Shown here piece after piece: positions 26,921-38,500 of a DNA stretch of 64,000 bases. A program made the position numbers and the translations under genes. Below the pieces are notes generated by a model. The model had not been told where the DNA came from and ran no database searches. It saw only the letters and a program-made list of their open reading frames with translations. Origin of the DNA: Octopus sinensis (taxonomy: Eukaryota); NCBI RefSeq assembly GCF_006345805.1, contig NC_043003.1:91574001-91638000 (forward strand). Direction: 5' to 3'. Every line of letters starts with the position of its first letter. Position 1 is the stretch's first letter.

Positions 26921-29900
26921 CAAACCAGCTTGGTAAATGCTTGTACATGTGAAGCTCTGCCCTACTACCTCCATCCTCTCTGCCCTGTGAAGCTTACCCC
27001 ATATCTCATTCCCAACACTTATCCCTTCTTTATCTCTGATAGTGTTCAGCTTTATCACTCAAGAGCAGAATAGGCACTATGCACACACACTTTTATTACC
27101 TTCCCTTTTCCTCCTCTTCTCCAGAGCTACTTTCATCCCCCTATCTTTTTCCAGCCATGATCTCCACCCTCTGCTTGACTCAATCCTTAGAACCACCTCT
27201 ATTCCTCATTAGCCAGTCACGCTCTCTCCTCTCTGCTATACATCTCATTCACTCCCTATCTCTCCCATTGCCCACACATATCTAACATAGCATTTCATCC
27301 ATCATTATGTCTTGAGTTCAAATGCTGCTGAGGTCGATTTTGCCTTTCATTAATTCATCAATAAATTAAGCACCAGTCAAGCACTGGGTTAATGTAATTG
27401 ACTATCCACTTCCCCCAAAACTCAAAGCCTTGTGCCAATACCAGAAAAGATTAATAAATTAGATAAAACTCCATAGACATGTGTATGTTTTTTTTTTTTT
27501 GTGAAAACTTGTTTATTTTTGCCAATCTTATTAGAGAAGAGGGAAGGAATTGGTAACTGGGGCAAAATGAGTAATTTCTGTTTTTTTGGTATTTTCTCTT
27601 TAGTCGTTCAAAACCATTATATTGCAGGTATTACATCATTATTTTGTACTGTTGCATCATCTTTAGGAGTAAAAATTGGTCAGCATAATTGTTGTTGAAG
27701 TTGAGAGTTTGAAACAGTCAGGTGACAGGTACTTTTTTTTCGAGAAATTTTTCAATTTTAACTTGGTTGCTAATAAAATATCTGGATAATTTTTGGTGTT
27801 TAACAATCAATATTCTTTTCTCTATTAGATTCCAGGTCAATTTTTTCCCACACTAATGTCTAATTTTAATAATTTTCCATTTTCAAAAACGATGTCTAAA
27901 CCGGGGCAAAATAAGTAATGACTAATTCTAAATTCTCCTCTGTAACTGCATGGTGCGCAAATATATCATGAAGAGAGCCACTCGAGCAGATCGTGAATAA
28001 GCTGTTGAGAATATTATATGTTGAGTTTTTAGATTTAGTCGAGTTTTGTTAAATTCATATCATGAAATTATGATCCTCTTTTAATCTAAGATATTAAATT
28101 TTTTTTTTTTTTTTTTTTTTTTGCATTTCTGATCTTTCTTATGTCTAAGGATGGATATTGATGTGTATGAATCTTTTTTCAAATGCAATTCTGGAGAACT
28201 GAAAAGGAAAATTTACCTTATCTTGTCTTACTCATTTTACTCCATCCAAATTTATCTTTTACATGATCAAAGAGAACAGAGATAATTTTCTGAAATAGTG
28301 TTCTGAATATGTTATAATGTTTTTAAAGCATTTAGAGAGGACCATTTGCTAAACAGATATGGTTTTCGTAAGGTAGTGAACATTTGTGAAATATATTTTT
28401 TTCTCAAAGTGAAAATTGCAGTAAACACTACTCACTGCGACTACACTCTCGTCCTATGGATTGCTTCATACACTACAAGGAAAAGATCCAATCTATATAC
28501 CATTGATAGTCAAACAGAACCATATATTAGTAATTTATTGAAAACATGTTGTTTACATCTGACCATCGTACTACGCCTAAGACTTGAGTTGACTCAACAA
28601 TTCTAGGTATGCATCAATATACTATTAACCAGCTAAACCTTGAACAATACGAAATAAATCGAAAAACACTATCGTAACCCTAGAAGTCTTGTTTACATCT
28701 TCATAAGATAAGATTTATATGAGTAGTAAGTTTGGTGAAAGACTGAATAAGCTTGTCTTTGTTGCTGACAGGCGTGTGTGTGAGAAAGAGAGAGGATGTG
28801 TGTGGTGTACTGTGCGCGTGCTTTGATGTTTGTGCTTTTGCTTGTTTTCGTAGTTCACTGTATTTGCGAGTGTCTGTATATGTCCTTAAGTGTATGTATG
28901 TAGCCGAATGTGATTGTGTGCAAATATTTGAAGATGTGTACTTATATTTGTATCTGCTTTTGTACATAGTATAGTTGTTTGGCTCTAAATCAGATCTTAT
29001 CGAGCTTCCTTTATAGTTAGAGACCTTGCAACTATAATTATTCTATATATTTACTTGTACTCTTCTCTACATTATTCTGATATATCTTATCTCATTTTTT
29101 TCTTCAAGAGAGTAGGTGTAATTTGAGGGAGATTCGGTGGTTAATTATTAACAGGTCAGACGACCACGTGTTGCAAATGTAGGAAACCTCTCGCCTGCAC
29201 TCAAATTTAAAATCACCAAATAAGGAAGTTTTTAAAAAAACCCAACTGTCCAAAACAATATCTGTCTCATACATTGTTCGCTTTCCAGACATTTTTACAT
29301 TACTGCATGTACTTTATGTGCACTTTCTGACAAGTTGTGGTGCACCTGAGCACTGTATACAATAATTTCATTATTATTATATTATTTAATAATTTTATAT
29401 AAATTGCATTTTTTATGCATTAAAATTAAAGATTCATTTATTTTTCTCAACAAAGATATACCCTACAGGTTACGATTTTGTAATTCGACCCCAGTACTTA
29501 AAACGTTGCTCCCCACCCGCCTTTGATATAGAGGTTCTCCTCATTGGCTCCGTGTTTGTGTGCTGAGAAGTGGGTACATTTGCTAAGAAGGGAGTATGAG
29601 GGCAGAATTTGTTCGTGTTTACGGGCTTCTGCTGAACATTTTTTTTTCTGTCTCGCGACATGAATATGCATTTATACTTAGGCGGAATACGCCGATGTCT
29701 TACGTTTGTGTATATGTTAATGGGTGGGGTCCGGACAAAACCCCCACACACACACTTCTAGGACAAAATCCCCATAGTTAAAGTGCGAAAGTGGATCCAC
29801 AGTTATATTTTTCTGTTATTTTTTCACCTTTTACTTGTTCAGTCATTAGATTGTGGTCATGCTGTGGTACTACCTTGAAGAATTATTAGTTGAACGTATT

Positions 29901-30397
29901 GATCCCAGAATTTTTTCTTTTACTTGTAGTTATTAGACTGTAGCCGGCCGTGCTGGGACACCACATCAAAGAATTTTTAGATGGCTGTATGGAACTGAGA
30001 ATTTTATTAAGCTTGTAGCGGTATCTGATATCCTCACTGTTTGAGAGACACAACAGGAATGATCTCGTTTGAGATTACAGCCATCTTTGGCTGGGTTGTT
30101 CCTGTTGTGTCCACTGATCTGATTGGTTGGCATGTGACGCGATTTGTCTCTACTTATTTCGCGCCACTGCAAAGCCAACCAATCACGGCCTTTGGTTAAG
30201 GTCTCGTGACACTGTTTTTCCTAGGCTCTGTTCGAGCCATTTCTCCTCTATATAAAGGACTTGTTTTCAGTATACAGGGTCTTTGACTCTAGACCTTTGG
30301 AAGTATTAGTTGTATTGTCTACCGTGCCATTATTGGATTACCCTTGTTGGATTACCTTTATTGGATATTGTTAAAAATTGTGAAGGTAGGCCAAATT

Positions 30398-31880
30398 ATG
30401 GCCAGCCCGGGAGGGACGGCAGACCTAATTGAGGCGAGACCGGAGAAAACGGCAAGCCGAGTTGTGGTAAGCCCAGGAAAAGCGGCAAACCGAGTTATGG
30501 CGAGAACGGCAAACCAAAGCCCAGGAAAAACGGCTAGCCAAATTGCGGTTAGCCCATGAGAAAAAACAGAAGATGAGTTGGAAAGAATCGGCAAATTGAA
30601 GCTGCTTTCAGACTCTGAGGAAGAGAACGAAAACAGAAATGAGAAAAAGAAGCTGCAGGTTCAAAGGAACATAGATGTGCCTAGTCTAGCGAAAAAACAG
30701 CTGAATTTCGCAGAAGCAGCAGGCACCAAGGAAAAGAAAATCGAACTCACAAACCTAGAGGAACTAAAAAAGGATTTGAAAAAAGAGGGATACGAGACAA
30801 AAATCGTACAACCAAGAGAAGTAAAAGAGAATGTAGAAAGAAAAACAATTATATATAAAACATATAAAAACAAAGAAAAGAGGATCGAATTCACAGCACA
30901 AAACGAAGTGGAGGCATGCCTCAAGCCTATTTCTAGCAAAGTAAAATACATTGCAAGGGGCAAAAGGTACGGCACAATAGAGGTGAGGTTCGAATCCGAG
31001 GAGGAAGCAAGGCTTCACTCAATGAACCCACTGAGAACGGAAACAGTGACGCGTTTGCCTATCTATATGGGCAGAAGGATGTCCAAAGTAACCATAGCGA
31101 ATGTCCCGCCGGAAATCGAACCGGAGAAGATAGTCGCAGCAATTACTTTGAGCTTAGAGGAGAGGCTAGAGATTAGAGATGCAACGGTAAAAGAGACGAA
31201 ATACTGGCAAGGCCAAAAGGTGAAAGTAATTCTGCAAGCAGAACCGGCCGCGCTAGAAGAGATAAGTGAGATTATCGAAGTTGGTGACAACCGTTTACCA
31301 GTTATGGTTGAAGGCCGACAGCCCATGTGCTTCGCTTGCGGGGAAAAGGGGCACCTGAGGAAAAATTGTAAGCCGGTAGAAGAAGAAAAAAAAGGACTGA
31401 TGAGCCTACTATCCCTGAAGTACTGCTGAGAATAACACCTATACCAGAAGAAGGGGAGGGATGGACTCAAACCAAAAATAAAAGAAAGCATAAAAACCCC
31501 TCCCCGGAGAAAACAAGAGGTGAAAAAGCAAGAGAAATTAAAAAGGCGAAAAAGCCAGAGAAAGCTACAGACAACCAGGTGTACGTAGCAGTGAGATCAT
31601 CTAACAGGGAGATTATGAGGAGAATAGAAACTCATCATATAGAAGAAATAGAGACAGAAGAAGCGGCAAGCGAATGGAGAAGTTACAAAATGGGTCAGAA
31701 GACGTACAACCAATTAGTGAACGATTTCAGGAAAGATGTCTGCCCCTCGAGAATGAGTGCAGAAGACGCAAAGCGAGATGCAAAAAGTAACAACACCAAC
31801 CTGCCGATTCCACGGACCCAAGAAGTAGAAGGGACGGGTTCCCCCCCCCCCGTCCTCCGGACCCAGATGAAACAAGGTAG
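30398..31880 (+). pseudogene. LINE ORF1 (Gag-like nucleic-acid-binding protein)
   Basis: ATG at 30398 (MASPGG...), in-frame TGA at 30557-30559, CFACGEKGHLRKNC (CX2CX4HX4C), frameshift in an A-run near 31390. The likely native stop is TAG at 31878-31880. Confidence 0.85.
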
Positions 31881-31887
31881 GCGAATT

Positions 31888-34536
31888 ATGGCAGTTCATG
31901 TAGGTTGTTTAAATGTGCGCGACCTGATATCGAACTGGAAACAGGGGCGTTTCCTAAATGATATCAGGTCGCAGAATTTAGATGTTGTTGTACTCGAGTG
32001 GAAGGGCCAAGAGATCTACTCCCGCTCCTGGATGGCTACGAGAAATTTATTTCTCCTGGCCGGCGGGTGGGGGTAATGGGGTGTTGGTCATACTCAAAAG
32101 AAATCGAGTCTCAGAGAAAAAGTTAATTTTTTCTGACTCAGAAGGTAGGCTGATCGTCTTAGATCTGACGTTCAGTTGTGGTAAGGAAATCAGGCTGGTG
32201 GCGGTGTACGCACCCAATTCACGTCAGACTGATTTTTTTCGAGACCTAGAGAAGTTTCTTGGCACGTCAAAATCCATAGTCATGCTAGGGGACTTTAACG
32301 CTATAGTCAATGCGCGTGTCGATAGCGTTGGCTCTAAAGATAGGAAACCAAATAGTGGCTTCCGGGATCTACTATGTCGCTTTCAGCTAGTAGATCCCTA
32401 CAGACTTGAATTCCCGAACGCTCCACAGTGGACGTGGTCAAATTGCGACAGGTCTGTCAGGTCCTATATAGATAGGATTCTCATTAGAAAAATAGATAAA
32501 GACATAGTTAAGTGTCCACAGCTTCACCCGGTCAGTTACAGTGATCACAAGATGGTCACTGGTAAACTGCACCTAGATAAGTTATGTAGTAAGGGATCCG
32601 GTTACTGGAAACTCAATAAGTCCCTTTTGGCTATTGAGGATTTCAGAAGCGGGATTAAGTTATTAATTCAGAGGGCATTAACCGGTTCCATTATTAACAA
32701 CAAATGGTAGTACGCCCTCAAGAGAGCCATTAAATACGAGTCCATTAGATATAGCATAGGGCTAGTAGCTAGTGGGCGTAGAAAAGAAAAGGGGCTAGTT
32801 AAGGCCTTAGAGGAAGCCATGAGATCTGGCGATGGAGCCCAGGTTAGGCTGAAGAGACTGGAATTAAACCAGCACCTTGAAGTCAAACACATGGGTTGTA
32901 TCGTCAGAGCTAGACTCCGCGCAATGCAGAGCGAGGGTATTAAGGCTGCCGGATGGGCACGAGTTGTGGAAGCTCAACGTGGAAACGATTCCACAATCAA
33001 GTCTGTGACGAACGAGCAAGGCGATGTGGTACGTTTCAGGAGCACTTCGCCCGGCTTTTCGGGAGCGACGGCGGGCCGGGTGAGAGGACGGACCATACAG
33101 ACATCCTCGCCGGGCTGCCGCGCTTCTCGGGGCAGGACGCAGAGAGCTGTGAAGGGTCAATCTCGCCTGAGGAGGTAGCTGAAGCCATGACTGACTGTAG
33201 CGGAGGTAAGGCGCCGGGAATTGATGGTTTACCCTACGAACTATATAAAAGTATGCCAGACTTGTTCGGGTACGTACTGGCCAGCGTTTTCGCGAACTGA
33301 CGGCAGAATGGATTCATTCCCAGATCTGTGCGCCGGGGAGTGGTGACGCTGATCAGGAAGGACTCGAACAAGGGGGATAGAATAGATAACTTCAGGCCCA
33401 TCACCCTGCTGAATGCAGAAGTGAAGATTTTGACCAAGGTGTTAGCGAAAAGGTTGACGCGTGTCGCGAATGGCCTAATCATGGAAGCACAAACTTGTGC
33501 GGTCCCCGGAAGGACCATTCAGGATAATCTTCACCTTATACGTTACACCGTAGAAGGGTTCGGGAACAATTCTGGCAAAGGTGGGGCACTGGTTCATTTA
33601 GACCAGAGTAAAGCTTTCGATAGGGTGAACCATCGGTACCTGGTGTCTGTGCTTGCACAGTTCGGTCTAGGCATTGGTTTTCTCAGGTGGATTATACAGT
33701 TGTACGACAACATTGACTCGATCGTTCGAGTGAATGGCTTCCTTTCGAAGCCGTTCCGCATCAAACGGTCAGTTCGTCAAGGGTGTCCGCTCTCTCCGCT
33801 TTTATATGTGATGGCTCTCGAGCCATTACTGCGAAAGCTGAGCGCCATCCCGACGAATCCAGGAGGTAGAGGATCTGTTACAGCGTATGCGGACGACATC
33901 ACCATCATCGTGACCAAGGTGGAACTCCTACAGAATGTGGGAGATACCATCAAGGCTTACGAGACAGTGACAGGAGCAAAAATTAATCGGGAAAAGTCAG
34001 TCGCCTTGCAACTCGGCACCTGGAGGGGCAAGTCGATGCCTTCGAATAGCATCGTGGGATGTTGGACGGAGGTCCCGGTTAAATTGCTAGGGATCTGGTT
34101 TGGTCCAGATCTCCAGATAGAAAAGAACTGGTCTGAGGTGGCGAGCAAAGTGGCTTACGCGGTCGAGACTTGGTCTTGGCGGTGGCTATCCTTGAAAGGG
34201 AGGGCGGAGGTGGCCAATGTGTTTATAGCATCGGTCATCATTTACCGCCTAACCGTCGTTCCTTGTCCGGATTCGTGGTTGAGCAAGATGGAGAGGCAAA
34301 TCTTTCGCTTTCTGTGGAAGGGTGCCCCTCCTCTTGTAAAACGTTCTATTTGCTGTCAGAAGCCGTTAAAGGGTGGGTTAGGGATGCCTTGGCTGTTGAT
34401 GCGCAAACATGCGCTGAGGTTGAGGCACCTTTGGCTCTACCTGGATGGTGAACGAGTGTGGTCCCCGCTCGCAAGGCAGATGTTCCCCAGCTTTGCCAGT
34501 TTTTCCGATTTTATTGTAATTTTAACCGTCATTTAA
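31888..34536 (+). pseudogene. LINE ORF2: APE endonuclease plus reverse transcriptase, disrupted
   Basis: APE: GCLNVR, VYAPN, LGDFNA, SYIDRI, SDHKMV. RT: KAPGIDGLP, FRPITLLNAEVKI, LDQSKAFDRV, RSVRQGCPLSPLL, AYADD. Several frameshifts, stops at ~32708 and ~33298, apparent small deletion of the QET motif, C-terminus apparently missing. Confidence 0.93.
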
Positions 34537-34633
34537 TGTTTTATACCATAGTTTTCACATGACCCCAATCATGTTGTACTGTCCCCCTCTATGTTGGCCC
34601 TTTATGGGTAATAAAGAAATTCTTTAACTCTAG

Positions 34634-34905
34634 ACGATCGAGTCAATGTTGTCGTACAACTGTATAATCCACCTGAGAAAACCAATGCCTAGACCGAACT
34701 GTGCAAGCACAGACACCAGGTACCGATGGTTCACCCTATCGAAAGCTTTACTCTGGTCTAAATGAACCAGTGCCCCACCTTTGCCAGAATTGTTCCCGAA
34801 CCCTTCTACGGTGTAACGTATAAGGTGAAGATTATCCTGAATGGTCCTTCCGGGGACCGCACAAGTTTGTGCTTCCATGATTAGGCCATTCGCGACACGC
34901 GTCAA
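34634..34905 (-). repeat. 272-bp inverted copy of LINE RT segment 33454-33725
   Basis: Reverse complement of 33454-33725; both translate to the identical peptide LTRVANG...YDNIDSI. Confidence 0.95.
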
Positions 34906-35144
34906 ACTTTTAAGGTCTAGTCTAGTCACTGACCATCATCGTACTCGGCCGTGTTCCAGTTTCCAGCGACAGACGACTAAGTCAGCCAGCCACTACGACG
35001 CTATTATACACCACAGCGACAGACAAAGTTTTTCTATCTCCTCCGCCGTCGTCACCATCATCGTACCAACTTCACGACATCTCTACCATCGTCAACTTCA
35101 GATATGTACGCATAAACTACACAGACGCTGTTAGAGTGAACCTT

Positions 35145-35565
35145 GGATCTTTTCAGTTTGAACGGCAGTTTTTTCTAGCGGTGTCATATGAAATTGTCAC
35201 CCATAATTATGACCCTAGAATCGATCTATTGCATTTCAATCTGTTTTAGGATTAGGGTTAGGGGCGGGGGGAAGGGTATCTTTTTTTCTTCACAAATGTA
35301 AATAAACCCAATCTGTTTCTTAAACGAGGGACATATTCATACGGCACAGAATGTTTTCACCTCAATAGCTGTCATTGATTGGTTGAAATTGCAGAAATTG
35401 AAGAAAAAAACAACAAATATCTTACAAACTATAGAAGAGAAAAAGATGTTTTATAAACTAGAGAAAAAGATGTTTTATAAACTCATTCTACCAGTATACG
35501 AAGTTTAAATTTTTTTAGTTACATAAAAATTATGTTAAAAACTGCCGTTCAAACCGAAAAGATCC
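35145..35565. mobile_element. MITE with 28-bp TIRs and 8-bp TSD (Merlin- or MULE-like)
   Basis: TIRs GGATCTTTTCAGTTTGAACGGCAGTTTT / AAAACTGCCGTTCAAACCGAAAAGATCC (1 mismatch); TSD TGAACCTT at 35137-35144 and 35566-35573. Confidence 0.88.
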
Positions 35566-38500
35566 TGAACCTTTCACTAAGTAAAACAGTCCATCTGAAG
35601 AATTCTATATTAAGAGACTCAGCTCGGCTTTGAGGCTACAACCGCGGCACAGCATATTCGCCCAACCTGCCTCCGCCTCGAGACAACTTCTTGTATAGAA
35701 CTCTTGCATATCGTGTACTTCATGCATGAACTGGTAATCTAAATTCCATCTTAACACTAGGCTGAGACTTTCATCTTATACTCTGTATTTCTCTGTCATA
35801 CACACGAACACACAGACACAAACTCTTGTCGCATGCACACATACACAACACTATCACTTTAGCACCTTGTTAATAAAATCTTCTCTTCTCTCGAACAGTG
35901 AAACGGCTTGTTGTCATTCATATATATATATTCTGTTGGCACTGTATTATATAAGTTGTATTATGGCTTATCCTATTTTATTACAAAAGGAGACCTGTGT
36001 CATCAACCTTCTCACACACGGTCATATTCCTACAAGCTTGATCAAAACTACATTCTGTGATATATTCCGTTTTTTATTTTCTTTTTACTTGTTTCAGTCA
36101 TTGGACTGTGGCCATGCTGGGGCACCGCCTTGAGGAATTTTTAATCGATACTTTCGACTATAAAATTCTTCAAGGTTGTGTCCCAGCATGACTGCAGTAT
36201 AACTGCGTCAAGTAAAAAAGAAAAGAAAATTCTAGGGTCGATACGTTCAACTAAAAATTCTTCAAAGCGGTGCCCCAGCATGGGCTACAGTCTGCTGACT
36301 GAAACAAGTAAAAGGTGAAAAAAATAAAATAAATAAATAACCGAAAAAAATAACAGCACTTTTGTCCACTTTCACTCTTAATGGGTATATATACGTGTTT
36401 CGCGTAAATATTTCTTGCGGCTCTTTACGTTCTTATTTCATATCCTGCTGAAGTCAACTTCACCTTTCATCCTTTCGGTGAAGTATTGGAAGAAACCATT
36501 ATATGAGTTGGCACACACACGTTGTTTTTAATAATGGTGTGGTCAAATGTCATGCAGTTTTATGTCGTAATTGATGTCCGTGAACATGTGGAACAACAAC
36601 CATTTACATGTTATCAAATCCTACATACGTAATTCAGCTTCAGTTACCCTTATTCTAATTGGCCTTGTTGTTCGTGTAAGCTTTTTCGCTTAAAAACCTT
36701 CACCTCTACATTTTAGCTACTGTTCGAGACACCACCCACGCGGGTGTGACGTTCTTTAATGCATGTTTAACAATGTAAACAAATAGGGTGCGCCCTCTCT
36801 TTGAGTACACCCCTACATAGAAGCAGACTGCACAATTATTCCTGTTGTTTTTGTAATTTTAAATGTTGATAAATAGCAAATAAATACACGAACAAAATCT
36901 AGATTTATAATAAAAATATGTGAATACAGCTTAAGAAAGTTTTGAAAAGTTTAACGCATGAATTAAATTTTACTTCATTAATAATAGCATACAATACACA
37001 TTTTAACGACCGTAGAAGGGCGGAAGACTAATAGTTTCGGAAAAATTTGAACTCTGAAATACAGATTCAGCAGTGAATGTGCAGTCCCAGTTAGTAACTA
37101 GTTTCGACATCACTTTCCATATAGTAGACCTGTAAGTAATAGTAAACAATGCAACAGTAGATAGATAGATGCATATATTTATACTTCTACATATACATAT
37201 TATTTGTACACGCACGCAGCACATTCCTGTTCACATTGTTAAAAACAACTACATCATTTATGTATATATATATATATATACATACACATCAACACAAAGG
37301 ACTGTTTCTGATTTAAGCACATGGTTAGCATTTTGGAAGGGCGGGGTTAGTCGTTGCAATCAACTGAGTACTTCGTTGGTACTTTTATCGACATCAAACT
37401 GACGGAAGACTTCGGTAGGATTTGAAACCAGAAGATATTTTGTCTAACTTAAATCGATATAATGTAGCGTGTGTGTATATGTTATAGGTGTGTATATCTG
37501 TACATGCATACTTTGTAAATAATAATGATATACTTATATAGACATATATTACACACACGTATATAGAGATAGATATATGTGTTCATATGCGAGTTATCTA
37601 CTTGCTTATTTACCAAAACATCTCGAATGTTAATTAAAAAGGAAGATTTTTAAAAAATTAAGCATTTCGCTTTTCTTTTTTTCAAATGATGCCGTTAGTA
37701 ATATTCCCATATGGACAGGAGATAATGATGATAGTGATGCTATTATATAAGTATCTCGCTAAACTCTTTTAAAAGTCCCGTGTCTGAACTAACAAACACG
37801 CCAAAAGATCCCCATTAATAACAATATTATGGAATTTGAATAACAAGTGTAAATGAAGTTAAAAAAGATCCTACGAGAAATATTTAAAAACAATAACTTG
37901 AAAGATAAACGAAAACTGAGTTGTATTTTTAATTATTTATTATAAAGGAAAATTAATTGTGCTTGGTGTAAGAGTGGATTTGAATTCCGTTCTATTTTGG
38001 TCGTGAAGGCATTCTTTATTTGTTTGGGATGAAAACAATAGAAAAAAATGAAAATAAGAAAAAGTACGGAAGGTTAGATGTGCTGAAAATGTGTTTCTAC
38101 CTACGTATTCTGTCCTTGACCGATATACAACATGGTAAACAATATTTTCTTTCGCATCTGGATGACACGCAAATAATAACAAATAAAACTTATTTTATTT
38201 ATCATTAATCCATTTTTTATTGCTTTTTCTCTGCCACTTAAGAAATAAAAAGTTACTAATACTACAGAAATGAAAGAAATTTAAATTATATTCTTTTTTC
38301 TTACTTTCTTTAATTTTACCGATTTTGTTAAGCTCTTCTTAGTCACATAGAAACAAGTGTATAAGACTTTTGCTATCTGGTTATTGGAGTCCTAAATTCA
38401 AATACGGTGAAAATATTCTGTCTTGAGCAACATCAATCCATTTCTCTTTGCTTTGCTGACATACAGCAGAATTTTCTGATGAAAAGATAGCTAAGGCATG

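Larger units (their letters stand above)
30295..34620 (+). mobile_element. Near full-length L1/Tx1-clade LINE, inactivated
   Basis: 15-nt TSD TCTTT(G/A)ACTCTAGAC at 30280-30294 and 34621-34635; ORF1 with CCHC knuckle; ORF2 with APE and RT; 3' tail ...ATGGGTAATAAAGAAAT. Confidence 0.93.
30014..36034 (+). mobile_element. Solo LTR (~1 kb net, Gypsy-like) split by nested insertions
   Basis: Termini TGTAG (30014) and CTACA (36034) are perfect 5-bp inverted ends; 4-bp TSD AGCT at 30010-30013 and 36035-36038; CCAAT at 30179-30183, TATATAAA at 30249-30256, AATAAA at ~35872. Confidence 0.82.

Noticed and set aside
27550-28680. Possible decayed DNA transposon (GGGGCAAAATGAGT-type end motifs at ~27558 and ~27903)
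   Set aside because: No matching opposite TIR, TSD or interpretable transposase frame could be established.
31579-32076. Apparent in-frame ORF1-ORF2 fusion in the LINE
   Set aside because: It depends on the length of a C homopolymer near 31850; a shift there restores a TAG at 31878-31880 seven nt before the ORF2 ATG, the usual bicistronic layout.
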